Source: Paraspadella gotoi
Lineage: Eukaryota; Animalia; Chaetognatha
Reading direction: 5' to 3'
Assembly (NCBI GenBank): GCA_051294375.1
Contig: CM119265.1
Coordinates: forward strand, 7,388,629-7,452,628
DNA: 64,000 bases
Position 1 is the first letter of the stretch. Each line of letters begins with the position of its first letter. The position numbers were made by a program, and so were the translations under genes. The notes under the pieces are model-generated. The model was not told the origin of the DNA. It was given only the letters and a program-made list of their open reading frames with translations, and ran no database searches. Shown in pieces: positions 1 to 13,330 of the stretch.

Positions 1-445
1 AAGTCGTCCGCTATCGCCGTTGTTGCCTCGAGGAAAGGAAGTGAAATTTTCTTAAAAAAAGCTTTTCACTTCATACGGGTCAAAATTCTCACCTTTTGTG
101 TCTTCCACAAAATCAACTCGATCGATCAGTTTTTCTCCAAGACGAGGTCGCATCTGGAACAGTGAGGGGCAGTTATAATGCAAGATAAATAAGTCACGGG
201 GTGATAATCTGCACTCATCTACATTCAACACATCTATAAACCAAGGTCGAAATGAAGTCCTTCGTTATTAGTGTTGCTTTCAACATTTATAGGAAAATAA
301 ATTGTTGCCATTATAACTTCAAAGTGCACGAATTGCGGGATTTTCATTTGTATAAAACGGACCTCAGAGGGCGCGATGTCGAATCGTATCTCCCTGTCTT
401 CCCAGAGGACGTCGTTGGAACCGCCCACGACTCCGAAACCGGCGT
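1..445 (-). CDS. BBS5: BBS5 5' exons, partial copy running off the window start (exons 363-445, 93-153, <1-26)
   Basis: Spliced translation ..[21 protein letters not shown]|[21 protein letters not shown]|NNGDSGRL.. matches the BBS5 N-terminus (LWEDRDVRFD...EKLID...EDTKGNNGDRGRL). Boundaries are GT-AG. Near-identical to 24915-25356. Confidence 0.85.
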
Positions 446-1651
446 CTAAATAAAGTCACTAAGCTTTTTATTTTATTATTATATTTATATTATTCTAGTG
501 AATTTAACGATATTTGCTAAAATTGATATGACACACCTCCATTTCCAATTTGCTGGGAGAATGAACCGACAGACATCACGATTAAATTGAGAATTAGATA
601 TTAAAAATAAATTTAAAATGGAAGCACAATTATTTGTAGATATATTTTTTTCTTTCCTGAAACAAAGCAAAGGAAATTTTTCTGAGCGAGGACACGGCCG
701 ACTTTTCTTGTCAGCTTTGGTTACCTTGGGGTTGCGTGTCTCGTCGCACCAGACCGTTGAAGGAAGAAATCCCTTCTCTTTGTTATTTTATTCTTTTATT
801 TTCTATTAAATTATATAGAAAAAAGCTTGGCTTATTATCTAAACGCACTCTTCAGTTAAATAATAATAAACTTCAATCAATATACCTAGATTTTCAGATT
901 TTATAGTTTTATGTGCTCTTGCTTTTCATTTCATATAAAACGGTCTTTTGTTTTCTTCCTCATTTTTCTATCACAAGGGTGAGCAAGCTTTGCAACTTTC
1001 TGTAAAAAGTTAGATATTCGAAACAGAGGAACATTCAGTATACGTATTCAGTATTTCAAAAATTCAGTATTTCAGTATTTCAAATATACTTTTTAAACCA
1101 CAGCAGTATATAAATATCAGCATTAAAAACTTTTAACGAAATTTAGTCATTGCACAAAGTCGATAGCCTCTTTTCCCGAGAAACAGTTGACATACGATTC
1201 CTACTATAAAATCAACAAACGTCTCCCAGTTGACAACAGGCGTCAAAAAAAATACGCGGTTTGTTTTATACAGGGGGAAAAAACTTGTTATTTAAGGCGT
1301 CATGAAGATCGAAGAGGAGAGAAAAAATGTGAAAGAAAAAGCTTTTTCAGAAAACGTGACAGTTTGTGATGATTTTCTTGTGTCCCCTTCCTTCAAAGAA
1401 ATCTCTCTCTCTTTCTCTCTCTCTCTCTNNNNNNNNNNNNNNNNNNNNNNNNNCTCTCTCTCTCTCTCTCTCTCTCCTCTTCTTCTCTCTCTTCTCCTCT
1501 CTCTCCTCTCTCTCTCTCTTCTCTCTCTCTCTCTTAGGAACAACCCTGAGGGAATTTGGGGAAGCGACATTTCCTAGAGAAAACTCAAGGTCATCCCAAA
1601 AAAGAAGCTTTTCCTTTCGAATTCCATCTCACCCGAACCATGTCTCTCTCT

Positions 1652-1713
<62 letters not shown>

Positions 1714-1755
1714 CAACATAAACCTAAACCTTTCTAAGCCAAAGTACTCCACGTC

Positions 1756-2009
1756 GCCATTTTATGTTGCTACTTTTGAAATCGTCGCCTTCCTTCCATT
1801 TTCGCTTACCCACGCCAATTTTTATACTTCGCAAAAGATCACAGCTTTTTTAAAAAATAGCTTTACTTGGGTAATAGGCATTATCGAGCCATGCCATTGC
1901 TTTTTTGCCTCGCCTTTGACCGAGAAAAAAAAACTTGCGCGATTCATCTCTTTTATTTTTTTTGTGAATTTATTTTTTTTTCGTGACGGATTCATCGCGA
2001 GCCATCTTG
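1756..2009 (-). promoter_or_regulatory. Candidate promoter/5' region upstream of BBS5 with two YY1-type motifs
   Basis: CGCCATTTT at 1756-1764 and GCCATCTTG at 2001-2009 read AAAATGGCG and CAAGATGGC on the minus strand. The first motif recurs at ~26627, ~28816 and ~43063. Function is inferred only. Confidence 0.3.
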
Positions 2010-2069
2010 CTTCGGCGTCCGCATCGTTACCGTCATTTTTGGACCATCGACCGTTGGCCCAAAGTCCAT

Positions 2070-2149
<80 letters not shown>

Positions 2150-2716
2150 GAGAGAGAGAGAGTTTAAAGACGTAGCGGACGCGATAAAACAGTCCCAGAG
2201 ATACTGAATAAAAAAGTATCTACTAAAAAAATATCGGTCCTCAGAAAAAAAGAAAGATGGTCGGGCTTCGAACTTAACGGGCAGTTGACAGGATTTTCGA
2301 AAGACGATTGCTTTTTTAACAGGTGAAAAAGAGCAAACATCCTGACATTGTCGCTTGATCTGAGTTTCTTACTCAGTTTAAATCACTTTGTATATTATAG
2401 TTGACAAAGGATAAACACCACAAAAGCAAAAGGCTCTACAAAGGAAGAGGAAAATTCTAAATTTCTTTTAAGAGATCCTCGAGGTGAGTATCAGACTCCA
2501 CGATGTGCTAAGATCCTTTGGTTGAGACACAATCTACTTTTACTTTCTGAAACGAAAAGCGAGCGGCGCTGCGGGGATTTTTTTCAAAAAGAAGCGGATC
2601 AAAGAAGCGGACGAAAAACGAGAGAAGCGACAGGGCGAGAAAACTGGACGAAACGCTGGAGCAACGAACGTCTGTCCGTGATGAAGAAGGCCCGAGAGTC
2701 TTTAACCTCGTTCTGG

Positions 2717-2760
<44 letters not shown>

Positions 2761-3494
2761 CTCTCTTCTCTCTCTCTCTTCTCTCTCTACTCTCTCTCTC
2801 TCTGGGTCGAGCGGGCCTGTCCATACTCGTCGCGATACCCACTTCCAGCTCCGCCTTCTTTCACGCCTCCCTCTTCCCAACCTCACCGCCCCTTCGAGCC
2901 AGAAGCGACACCCCAGAGACTTACCCCGCAATCTGAAAAGGGACAGAAGGGCAAAAGGGCCAAACGGCTTGGAGGGCGTGGCTCGATTCTGTGGTCCGCC
3001 GACGTGGCGGAGGATCTTCGTCGAATTTCCAAAGATGGGAGTTTTGAAAGGGGAGGGGGGAGATAAGGTGGAGGGGAAGGGGAGAGGGGGCGTGGATAAA
3101 AGGATCGGTAGCGTCGATTATGCTTATTACTTTAAGCAAGGAAGGGGGCGATGGAATTATAAAAGACGCGCGATATATAGAATCCCCAGAGTTAACAACT
3201 GGTTCCGCCAAAGATAGAGAGACGGTCCAGAAATGATTTAGGGAGGAAACGACCGGGTTCAACAGACGGTAGCGTCTCCGCGTTACGCCTCCCTTCACCC
3301 TTCGCTTCGTCCTCCCCCCTTTTAATATCCCACACCCCCCTCTCTGTTGCTCGCTCTCTCACGCCCGCTCTCGATCAGTCAGAGCTAGATTCTAATGGTA
3401 CTCCGGGCTCTTAAAGTTTCGAGTCTTGACTTTAATTGCGGACGCAGTTTATGGTGAATGTTTTTATCGTCTTATGAATCTTTTTCTTCTTCTC

Positions 3495-6400
3495 ATTCGG
3501 CGATATCTTCACTCGGGAGCTGTCTCAGTGCATGTCTAATAATCGTGGGTTTGCTCTGTAGTAGATTGACGACATCTATAGCTCCAAGGATGAGACACGC
3601 CGCTAGCCCGAGGTGAGATAGATGGTGGTACCCATGTGTGAAGCCGGTAGGAAGCGCCGTTCGACGGGGTGGCTGTACCGCACGAAGAGTAAGCGGACGA
3701 TCCGGTGAGAGATGTAGACCAAACAAATAAAGTGGGGTGATTCGTGTGCGTCTCTTACGACGAAGAGAGCTATGAGAAAGAGTGCTGGCATCTTCTTAAC
3801 TGAGGCATTATATAACACATCGTGAAGACAGTCTCGTCCTACCATGGGCTGGGTATTCAGAGAGCGAGCGGCTCGGCGATCCTCTGGAGCACGCCGTAGA
3901 CCTTGTCTCACTCCGATGTCTATAATGGTAAAGTGCGACCCGTCGTGCGGCTCAGTGACCGTATTGAGGCCGATGCCGAACGCACCGCACCGTGTGACAG
4001 AAAAGTATTAACGGATGGTTGACGAAGTTGCTAATTACGATTCGAAATCTTGTAAGATGAACGACTTCCTTTTGTCTGACTCTTTATCCGCATCCTTAGA
4101 CAGAGCGATCTCGATAGAAAAGTCGAAAGATAGAAACTCGTCACACTTCTCGCAGGTTGTAGGCACCACAATATGAACTAGCGGATATCCTATCCACGGG
4201 GCAGATCTTACGACAGTTATGTGCATTCTTCTGTCTCTCCTTCTAGTTCTTGTGTACTCTTGATGTACTGCGCATATCAACTTGTGGTATACTATCCACA
4301 TAGATTTACCGCATTAATCTTAGAAGTTCCGTGGTAAATTTCATTTCAAAATTAACACATCCCCTCTTTCGGATAGAGAACGTGCCGATTACTTCTCATC
4401 TTCTGCCGGCTCGCGGTTCACTGGCGACGGAAGACGTTCTGTATTGATAATAGCATCATCGTGCGACCAAATCATGAAGTAGACGAATACAAAGTTATTC
4501 TGAGACTCTAGTGTCAGCAATAGTAAGTCTTTAGTCACGACTGCAATCTTGATATGCTGTGATGGCTCCTCTTCCGTCTCTTCCTTCTCGTGCCTCTCCT
4601 CTCCTCTTCTCTCGGTCTCCTTTGATTAGCGGACGGCGTCTCTTTCTATCATCTCAGATAGAGCTTCAGTCCTACGACTCGAGCCCTCTCTCTTCTCCTT
4701 CTGGCTTCGTCATTGCGCTTCTCTGCTCTTCTCTCTCCTCACCCCTCCCTCTTTGCTCCTTAGCATATCTCGACTCAGCTCTTTCTCCTCCAGTCGCAGT
4801 GTACTTAGCAAGGAACGTGATACTGGAGACCACGACAACACTGCGTATTATTAATCGCACAGTCATTCTACTACGTTACATCTTTCGATATACAGCAAGT
4901 AGTCACCCCCATCCCTTCTAGATCGTTATCGTGCATCGGCGGGAAACATGTGTCTCTATCAAGCACTGATTCGCGCCGTTCTGGCCAGTGAATCGCAGCT
5001 TTCAGAAACAGTAAGTCATCTGTCTTGGTCGGAATGCGTTTTTTTAAACGGTCTCTCTTCGATCGGGGTCGCGCGCCCTCTACGGAGACAAAGGAGGCGA
5101 CGGGGGAACGGCGTTGCGTATGAAGGTCAGAGGCGAAGTAAGTTGGGTGAGGTCATTTAGAGAAGTAAACAACCGGAGCTTGAGAAGTGAGAATGTACGT
5201 GAGTGAAACGAGTATACGCTAAGGTTTACTGAAATTACAAATTGATAGACTTCGAAGTTATTCATTAATTCTGTGAAATATGTAATCGGAACTGGAGATA
5301 CCAGACTGAATGCCAACGCTCACATATAGATAGATCCCGGATCACGATGAAGCGCTATGAGTCTTCAGTACACATAACACTGCTAGCAATTCTAATCGGA
5401 TATCGCTGACCCCACGACGAGAGATCGTACTGCTGAGCAAGCGTCTTACAGCGCGAAGTATCTTAGAAGTAATCAGCTGAATGCTGATTAGTGCTCTCCG
5501 AGCTAGCCCCTCCAGCTATTCCGAATAAATACCGCGATAGCATGCGATTCTGTATAGCTAACACTGTATATAGCGATTATCGTATACGATCAACTCTATG
5601 ACACAGTAGCTAGTCTCAACATCATAGGTAGTATAGATAAGTCTAGGCGAGCTGGACCGTGATGCTAGACCTTATTATGACGAATGGTAATATCGTCACA
5701 GGGCTGCTCGTCGATCACATGCTGTCCTTCATCGCTCAGTTCGCTCTGTAACTCATCGATTTCTCACGATCACTCTATCTCATCTGGTATATGTATGTTT
5801 GTCTTCAGGCATGTGACTAATCAATCACCAGTGTCACTGAGTAGCAATGTGATCGTCGTGAGTGTAGAATTCTGATATCTTATACGTGAATCCATCTCAT
5901 GCTTCACGTCAGTCATCCGTGACTTGCATTAGTCATGATATATCTAACTTCTCAAGCAGAGTGACACCTACATCATCTTACTTACACAGTGTGAATTGTA
6001 ACGCATGTCTCTAAGTGCAGATATATCTATGAGTACAACAACTCGTAGAGTCTAGGTGTGTGTCACTCCAGCAAGTAGTCACACAGACTGAAGGAGCTAG
6101 AATATGATCCTTAATGATCTTGACGACTGTATTGCTACACGCACTCTGACGCATGAGTAGTCAGTCAACTACTGACTTCGTAGTCAGTTCTCGCAGTCGT
6201 ATAATACTACTAGTATCTCTAGATGATACAGTCAGTCATGTACATGATGGACTATGCAATATAGCATATGTAGTGAATTCACGTTAGCTGGAATGTCGTA
6301 CTGCGACATCAGGGCTAAGTTTACCATATAGCTAGACCTCTGAATTCGTACATGCTATAAAATATGGTAATCTGAGGTATCTCGATAATAGACTATGACC

Positions 6401-6600
6401 TAGACTCTATAGAGCGATAGCAGCTCTGTCTAAGTAAATGAGTCTCACAGGCACGCTTGCAAGCGATGATATAAATTCAGCTAGTGTGACGATATTCCTG
6501 TGAATGCAGTAGTAGACATATGTATATCTGCCGCTCTTACAGCGAGTGTGCTGTCAATATCTAGTATAGTGTATTGTCTACTCGCTTGCGACACTGTAAG
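3495..6600. other. Very low-quality, near-random sequence, probably an uncorrected long read
   Basis: No coherent ORF or splice structure, and composition is unlike the flanks. An island at 5243-5320 matches 50036-50115, and the sequence resolves into a match to 50729 onward at ~6780. Confidence 0.65.
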
Positions 6601-6777
6601 TAGTCATCTGCGCATATACGAGGAAGGACTCGAGAGAGGGAGAGAGGAGAGAGAGAGAGAGGAAGAGAGAGAGAGAGAGAGAGAGAAGACGAGAGAGAGA
6701 GAGAGAGAGAGTGAGAGAGGAAGAGAGAGAGAGGAGGTTGATAGGGGAGGGAGTTTTGAAGTGGAAAGAGAGAGGAG

Positions 6778-7850
6778 AGCTTGGAGAACTGAAAAAGAGA
6801 CAGAAGCAGTGAGAATGAAAAGAGAAGATAGGGAGAAAGAGAGAAAAGTGGATGAGAGAAAGAAAATAGAAAGATAGAAAGATCGAATCTGCTCGAGATT
6901 TTCGCCAGAATCGACGACGGACGACGACGACGACGACGACGAAAACAAGAGTCGACCGAAACATAACTCTTCGATTGGGAGACAAGGGAGAATCGCGATT
7001 AAGGAGTTCTGCCATCGTGAGAGAGAGAGAGGGGGGCGGTCGGTGTGGGCGGGTGATTTAAGGGGGGAGCTGAGTATTAGGCCAGCTGGAGCACAAGGAA
7101 GAGGTGAAAGATGTGACTGGCGCTGAGCGGCGGTGGATGGAAGCTGAAAAAAAAAAAAAGTATTGATGAAATCACAGGGATACTATTAGGATCAGATATC
7201 TTGATGATATCGGAACAGTGGGTTCTTTCTCTGTGTTATGGAATGAGACAAAGAGAGGCAGGGATAGGACATAGGAAAACGGGGTCGCTGTCAGATGAGA
7301 TCAGACCCTAGCCAGAGAAAGAAGGCGATATACTTTGTCAGTCGAGACTCTGACCCCGAGACTACCCTCGACTCACCGGAAGTAAAGGAAGGCGAAGGGC
7401 CGAAAAAGGGGCGGAACCGCCTGAGGTCCGCCCGCGAGAACGAAAGGTCGGGAGAGGGCGTGATGTGGAAGGTGGAGAGAGGACGCTGTCGGTCGGTCGG
7501 TCGTCTCGTCGAGGGTGTCATTGTTGTTCATTCCCCCCCCCCAGTGAGTCCGACTGACGCGAAGTTACTATCCCACGTGCTCGGACTTCCCGAGCCCGTT
7601 GCCCTTTTGGCCTCTCGAGCCACGTGGCCCTAGTTGGCCTCTGGAACACTTCGACCCTTGAATGCCTCCTTAAGGCCCCTAAGCCCACAGACGCTCTAGA
7701 CTGCGCGCGGAAAAGTATTTGGCGGCCCGACGAAAAGTTCCGGCCAAAAAAAAATTTAAGAGTGCAAACCATTTGTCATTACGGGCTGGCGAGAGACGGC
7801 TTGGGCGAGAAGAGGTCGTGTGCGAGACGACGGCGTGGGGGGAGAAGAGG
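6778..7850 (+). repeat. Direct duplicate of 50729-52020; covers sequence that is N-gapped there
   Basis: Shared colinear text such as agcttggagaactga.., tgatgaaatcacagggatactattagg and aagagtgcaaaccatttgtcattacggg. Confidence 0.9.
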
Positions 7851-7869
7851 ATCCTCTCTTCTGTTGTGA

Positions 7870-8070
7870 ATCGTCGCCTCCTTCCATTTTCGCTTACCCA
7901 CGCCAATTTTTATACTTCGCAAAAGATCACAGCTTTTTTAAAAAATAGCTTTACTTGGGTAATAGGCATTATCGAGCCATGCCATTGCTTTTTTGCCTCG
8001 CCTTTGACCGAGAAAAAAAAACTTGCGCGATTCATCTCTTTTATTTTTTTGTGAATTTATTTTTTTTTCA
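7870..8070 (+). repeat. 200-bp copy of 1782-1982 / 26652-26852, joined abruptly to the Gypsy sequence
   Basis: Near-exact match (gaatcgtcgcctccttccattttcgcttacccacgcc...tttttttttc) with abrupt junctions on both sides. Confidence 0.85.
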
Positions 8071-10049
8071 GTACTTTCAGCACGAGCCAATGCCCAGTTG
8101 TCCACTCTCTTGCTAAGTCTCGGTATGGATCATGCACGAGACTAAGTGGGCAGACTTACCTGACATGGGCCCTAGACACCCATACAGTTAGACGTGGAGA
8201 AACTATGGCTAGCTGTAGAAACTTCGGGCACCCACGTAGGAAGCATTAAGCAACCAAACACTGCTGTATAGATACGCAGGGGGAACAAACAGGACGCTGC
8301 TTCACGACAGAACCAGGACAGCCAGTAAGACAGTATATGTGGAGACTTAAGCAATGCCACACTCATTCAAATAAGACCGGTAAAACATTTCACTTATGCC
8401 ACTCTCGACTTGGCCTCAGAGAAGAACTAAACCAAGTGATGAAAAGGACCATGATGCCAGGTCCTATAGGTCCCAGACCAAGTGAGTTCAACATCATCTT
8501 GACCTCCGAGGGGACCAGAGAGCCCAGAGATGACAAAATCAGGCATGCCATACTGGTAAACAGACTACATAACGCAGCAGTGATTGCCACGCGCGCCGGC
8601 AAGCTGCCTCTATGACATTGTAACTCAACCGGCGCCCATCTATAAACACAGTGCCAAGAAAATTTGTAGAAAAAGAAATGGCCCTGTCTGACAAGGTCTA
8701 CCTACGGCCCACCACGCGACTCTCTACAGCTACAGGGACCATCACCTTAACAGAAAGGATCAACCTGCGAATCAATGTTTCAAAAGTGGGTACTTCATCC
8801 GACAGTCCTTTTTATGTCTCGGCTGGATGTAAAATTGACCAAGGAATATTATCATATTGAGTACTAGTGTTATATGGCTCATCGAGTCTAATCCACACAC
8901 CCGGGTCCTCCCTGAGAGCAAAGTTCGTGTGGGTAGTACAATCCTCAAATCAAAGAAATGACCATCCTAAGTTGCTGCAATTGGAAACAAACCGCATTAA
9001 CTCACCGCTCTTCAGGGACAAACACGAAGCCCTGAAAGCTGCAAGATGGCTAGGCCGTGGAAATGGGTAATGAATGAACAGACTACCCTGCCCGCTTCAT
9101 ACACGGGGGCCCACTACGCGATAATGTGAAGGAAAAAAATAATGCACGAGCCAGCAGAGCCATACTGAGGGAAAGACCATTGCAAGGGTCAAGATGGGGT
9201 CTTATGGAATCAAAAAGACGGCTCTGAGATGTACATCGCGGATGGTGATGCAACTCAGGAGAAGGGATGGGGAGAGGGTTGGTGCAGAGAGCCGTGGTGC
9301 CCATGGGCTTGGCACAGCCCCGTCAATTACAAATGATTGCCGGAAGAAGTGAAACTTGGACTTGAAGACAGACACTCCAGCGATTTGATATCCTATTCAA
9401 CGGGCCGCGACATGAACTCGGAAAGAAGGCCCCTTCTGAGAATAGAAATCAGAAAGAGATAATATTTCTGCAATTCCAACATAGTCCATCACACAAAACC
9501 ATGAGGAAGGATGTCCTCAAAGGCCAGTCGAGAGGAAGCCCGCCCAAGACAAAAGAAGACAAAAGCACGCAATCGCGGCAAAGCAGGCCTTCCTGAAACC
9601 AATTCAAAGACATTGACCGGCCAGCCCGTCAATGAGGACATAAGCAACCACTAAGTGGATGGGAAGTGGTGTGGGAATCATCGAGACGTCTTTGGAGAAA
9701 CCATAAATGAACTGCAAAGAGGGCTTTCTTCAACTACAAGGTGATTTGGGTTACACAGATAGAAAAGATCTCACCAAAGCCAGAGGTTTGTGAACGCAAG
9801 GCCTCAGTCAAATGAGGCATGCATTAAAAAGGTACCTTGGAGTATGTATGAGAAAAGCAGGGCATTTTTCGGGTTGTCTTAGGACAAGGGAGATGGGAAG
9901 CATACTCTAAATGCCTTCCCTCATCAAAAAAGCCGCCGGACACATAGCCAATGGCCAAGATGAGGGATGAAATTGATGAAACTTTGCCAAAACAGAATGC
10001 GCCTCATTTGCAGATCTCATCATCAAGTCAACAACAACATTCTACTTAT

Positions 10050-11030
10050 GACCTTACAGAGAGCATTCAGTACATCCACTATCTTATCCCTGTGATTACA
10101 ATTACAAGCCGCATCCGAGCTGCAGAGCGCTGTAGTACGAGGCAGGACCTGCCTTTCCACCAAGTCAATCTATATAACTGACAGATGCATACCTAGTACA
10201 AGCACTTATTGCAGGAGTCTGGCCACATACTGGTGGATGAATAAGCTAACCCACATGGGAGGGGTTAATAGCGTAAACGTCCTGCAAGCCATCCCTGATT
10301 GTAGATCTTCAAGGATTTGGGCAGCAGACATGCAAAAAGCTTCTTGTATACCCTGTCGACGACCTCCAATCCTGCAAGCAGCAAATCGCCAGAAAGGACA
10401 TGGCTTGAGAGGCTTCGTGAACTACTGCAGAAGATGCAGCAGATGAAAAATGTAGTCCTTGAAGTGGACGAAGAGACGTTCTTTCCAAAGGCGTAGCGCA
10501 AAGAGGACATCAAGAATTGGGGTTTAGCATAATCTAAAGAACAAACTCATGCCGGTACAAAAAGGAAAAGCTGGAAAGCAGTGAGGTAATATAGCTCAAA
10601 ACATCAAGACGCGCAGAAGAGCTCAAGGGCAATGTTGGCCTCGCTCTCCACTACTACAGATGTTTTACTCACCGTTCTCCTACATGGCCCAACCCCTACA
10701 TGCACTGACCCTTCTGGACAAAAAGGACTTCAAGCTCACCAATAAACATCTGCAGATGCTAACAGCAACCTAGCTGGAAGAAATCAAGACCTCGCCTGGA
10801 CATAAACTTCCTAAATGATGCATGAATCAAAAAATGGCAACCTATCGCATTTATGCAGATGGCAAGTACAAGCGCTATGAGGTGGAGCTGAATCAGCCGC
10901 CACTGCAGATGGCATTGAATACCCGCTATCTTCCATTCGAAGTCATCTTTCAGAGGAGTACAGGATGCAAGGCACATCAACATTCTGGAAACCGCTAGCC
11001 TTCAACATCCGATGGTTAGGAAATTCAAGG
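10050..11030 (+). pseudogene. Reverse transcriptase + RNase H region of Gypsy pol
   Basis: ORF fragments 9951-10181 and 10237-10446 carry DL..FHQV and MG..NS..LQ motifs. A (Y)VDD-like core is at ~10350 and PIAF at ~10840. Many indels. Confidence 0.7.
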
Positions 11031-12499
11031 GACTAGCATGTGCGGGGTCAGGAAGAGTCACCCTTGTCAGATTCTCTAAATATTCTTAAGAGAGTTCTGA
11101 TGGAATCTGTTCTCTAGCATGAACAACAGCAACCTTTCATCTCTACAATTGTCCTCCGATGGATTACTTGAGATATCACACGCCAGGAAAGAGTGTTCCA
11201 ATTCCCTAAGGCACGGTTAATCCTTGTCAAAAGCTCAAGGAACAACCCTGCCGACTTTCATCACATACGTTTCACAGACCAAGCGCCAGGTCTACTCTCC
11301 ATTAGACACGCCCTTCTTCCTGCCGGGATTTGAAATGTCAATGGCCAATTATGAGGCAGCTTTGCAGAAAAATCGCGGTTAGAAAGGTTAATGGTGCTCC
11401 AGATCATCTCGACCTGATCACTGGACACGCTCCCACTTCGTCCAATTCAAACACCTGGCTCTAATGGCGCAACTCTCCAGGAAGATACAAAGCATTAGGA
11501 GCAATTCTTGATATTTTTGTGGCGGTGCAAGGTTTCAAAATATCAAAAAAAAGAGACAACATTGCGAAATCTAGGTGAAGGAGCCATAAGACCAAAAGAT
11601 GCCGACACTATATTATCAGGACAAGATATCGGCAAAGGACTGGAAGCCTCGGCCAACCAACCACTGAGCTGGGACTACTCCTCAGTTTGAGTGTAGGAGT
11701 TGACAGTTGTGTCAAAAATTGTGCATGATGATGAGGATTTGGCCACCCACAGGAGGCCGGGCTCGCCTAAGTTTGAAAAGAGTATAGGCTTGGCGCCAAC
11801 ACATACAACAGACAAATGAAAGATCTTCAGGACGCATTACAGGTCAATGGAGCCTCATCAGCGGACCAAACTCACAGCAACGCCCACTCCATACTTTGGG
11901 GTGCTCCCGAAGATCAGACGATTGAGGTAGCGGCACCCTCAGGCACCTGAAAGACGAGGGAAGGCCAAAACCGGCTACAAAGTCAATACCCGACCAAATG
12001 CTGACGCTCTTTCCAGATGACCTCGTAAACCATCCAGGTTGGACAACAGAAACCCAAAGCCCGTACGCGCCGCCTTGCCTTGCAGCTAAATAAAAAGCTG
12101 TGCGACACTGTAACAAATTGTCAAGCACATCAGATCCAAAAATGGGGCAGGAGGCGATGGTCGATAGCACCCTTGAAGCGACATTGATGCAACTGAGGAT
12201 GAGATCATGGAGGAAGTCCTCTAGGCCCAGGAGAGGATCGAAGGGATAGTGCCCTATGGGCTTTCAGAAATCAAGCCTGGCAACGCGAAGATGAGACCAA
12301 TCCATCTGGTGACCGATGCTCTGAGCAAGGGCGACCGCGAAGGGGCAAAAAGAAAACTGGAAGAAGAAATGCAAAAAGAGGAGAACATTGACCGAGAGGT
12401 ACCTCTCCACAGCTTTGCCGACCTTGATGTCACCGCGGAAAATGGGGAATCCTAATCATCAAGGGTTATAAAGGCAGAGACAACCCACAAGGAATTCGT

Positions 12500-13330
12500 A
12501 GTCCCTACCAAACCCGTGCTGAACCAGATCACAACGCGGATCCACAGGCACTTTGGGCACCCCAGGTGTAGAGATACGGTGACGGCCTTTTGAGCATAAA
12601 CAGCCCATACAATCTCTGCTGCCAGGATTTAATCTACACCCCGCTGCAGCAAAGTGCGTCAGGAATGTGAAAACTGTGCAAAATCACTGATGGACAAAGA
12701 TACAAGAACTCCGTCAGCGCCCAAACCTTGCAGTTGCTCCCCTGGGAATCCCTCAGCATTGACGTGACTGAAACATCTGCTCCCATCGGAGATAGCGGGA
12801 TTCCATTTATGACACTTAGTTGCAGGTCTGACAATGCATCTGCCTATACTGTGGTGCACACACTACCTTGCTGGGGAACGTGTTCTAATTTGGAATCTCG
12901 AGCTGGATGCATGCGAATCACATTGTAAAAGCTCTCGATGAAGTTTTTTTTTTTTTCTACTACAATGGGGAGCCTACCTTGAAGTCACTTTGATGGTGCC
13001 TTTGACCTCCCGAGACTCTAATGGCGCAGTCAGGATTGACTTATCGACTCCTCAATCTACAATGGCTTTAGGACGGGGTAGATAGGAGTTTTATTTAATA
13101 ACTCGTGTATTATGGTTAGGTACGAAAAGGATACGATTTAACGAGTGTGCGCTTGAAAGAGACATGTTGGGTTGTAGTTTTCGAAACCGAGCGTATCACA
13201 GCCCTCCAGCGCACAGGAGCTCGTGATTAGAACGAGATCAATCCCTCTTGAGATACCATGACTGGTCGCGTTGGAGCTATATCAGTTGCCACACCTAACG
13301 AGCTTTATTCTTCCTTAATACGCCCAACTG
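12500..13330 (+). pseudogene. Integrase (HHCC zinc finger + rve core) of Gypsy pol
   Basis: H-x3-GH-P-G, C-x2-C and PWESLSID motifs read directly; ORF 12728-12928 contains the last one. Confidence 0.8.

Larger units (their letters stand above)
1..3490 (+). repeat. Direct duplicate of 24915-27600, continuing into sequence also present at 39340-39865
   Basis: Colinear near-identity read directly from the sequence; the differences are mainly single-base indels. Confidence 0.9.

Noticed and set aside
1292-3217. Long ORFs rich in ER/SL repeats here and at 6500-7015, 26-29 kb, 41.5-43.5 kb, 52.8-54.4 kb and 62 kb
   Set aside because: These are translations of (GA)n/(CT)n and purine minisatellites, with no domain or splice support.
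3495-6600. Horizontally acquired or viral insert (odd composition)
   Set aside because: No recognisable ORFs, and embedded islands match the 50-kb block, consistent with a very poor read of ordinary local DNA.
7377-7384. ETS-binding site CCGGAAGT (also at ~51393) implying local regulation by the neighbouring ETS factor
   Set aside because: A single 8-mer is common in GC-rich promoters and by chance; there is no supporting evidence.
7870-8075. Gypsy insertion into the BBS5 upstream region
   Set aside because: There is no 5' LTR or TSD, and the far end of the element does not resume the interrupted sequence (1983 onward). It looks like a chimeric join.
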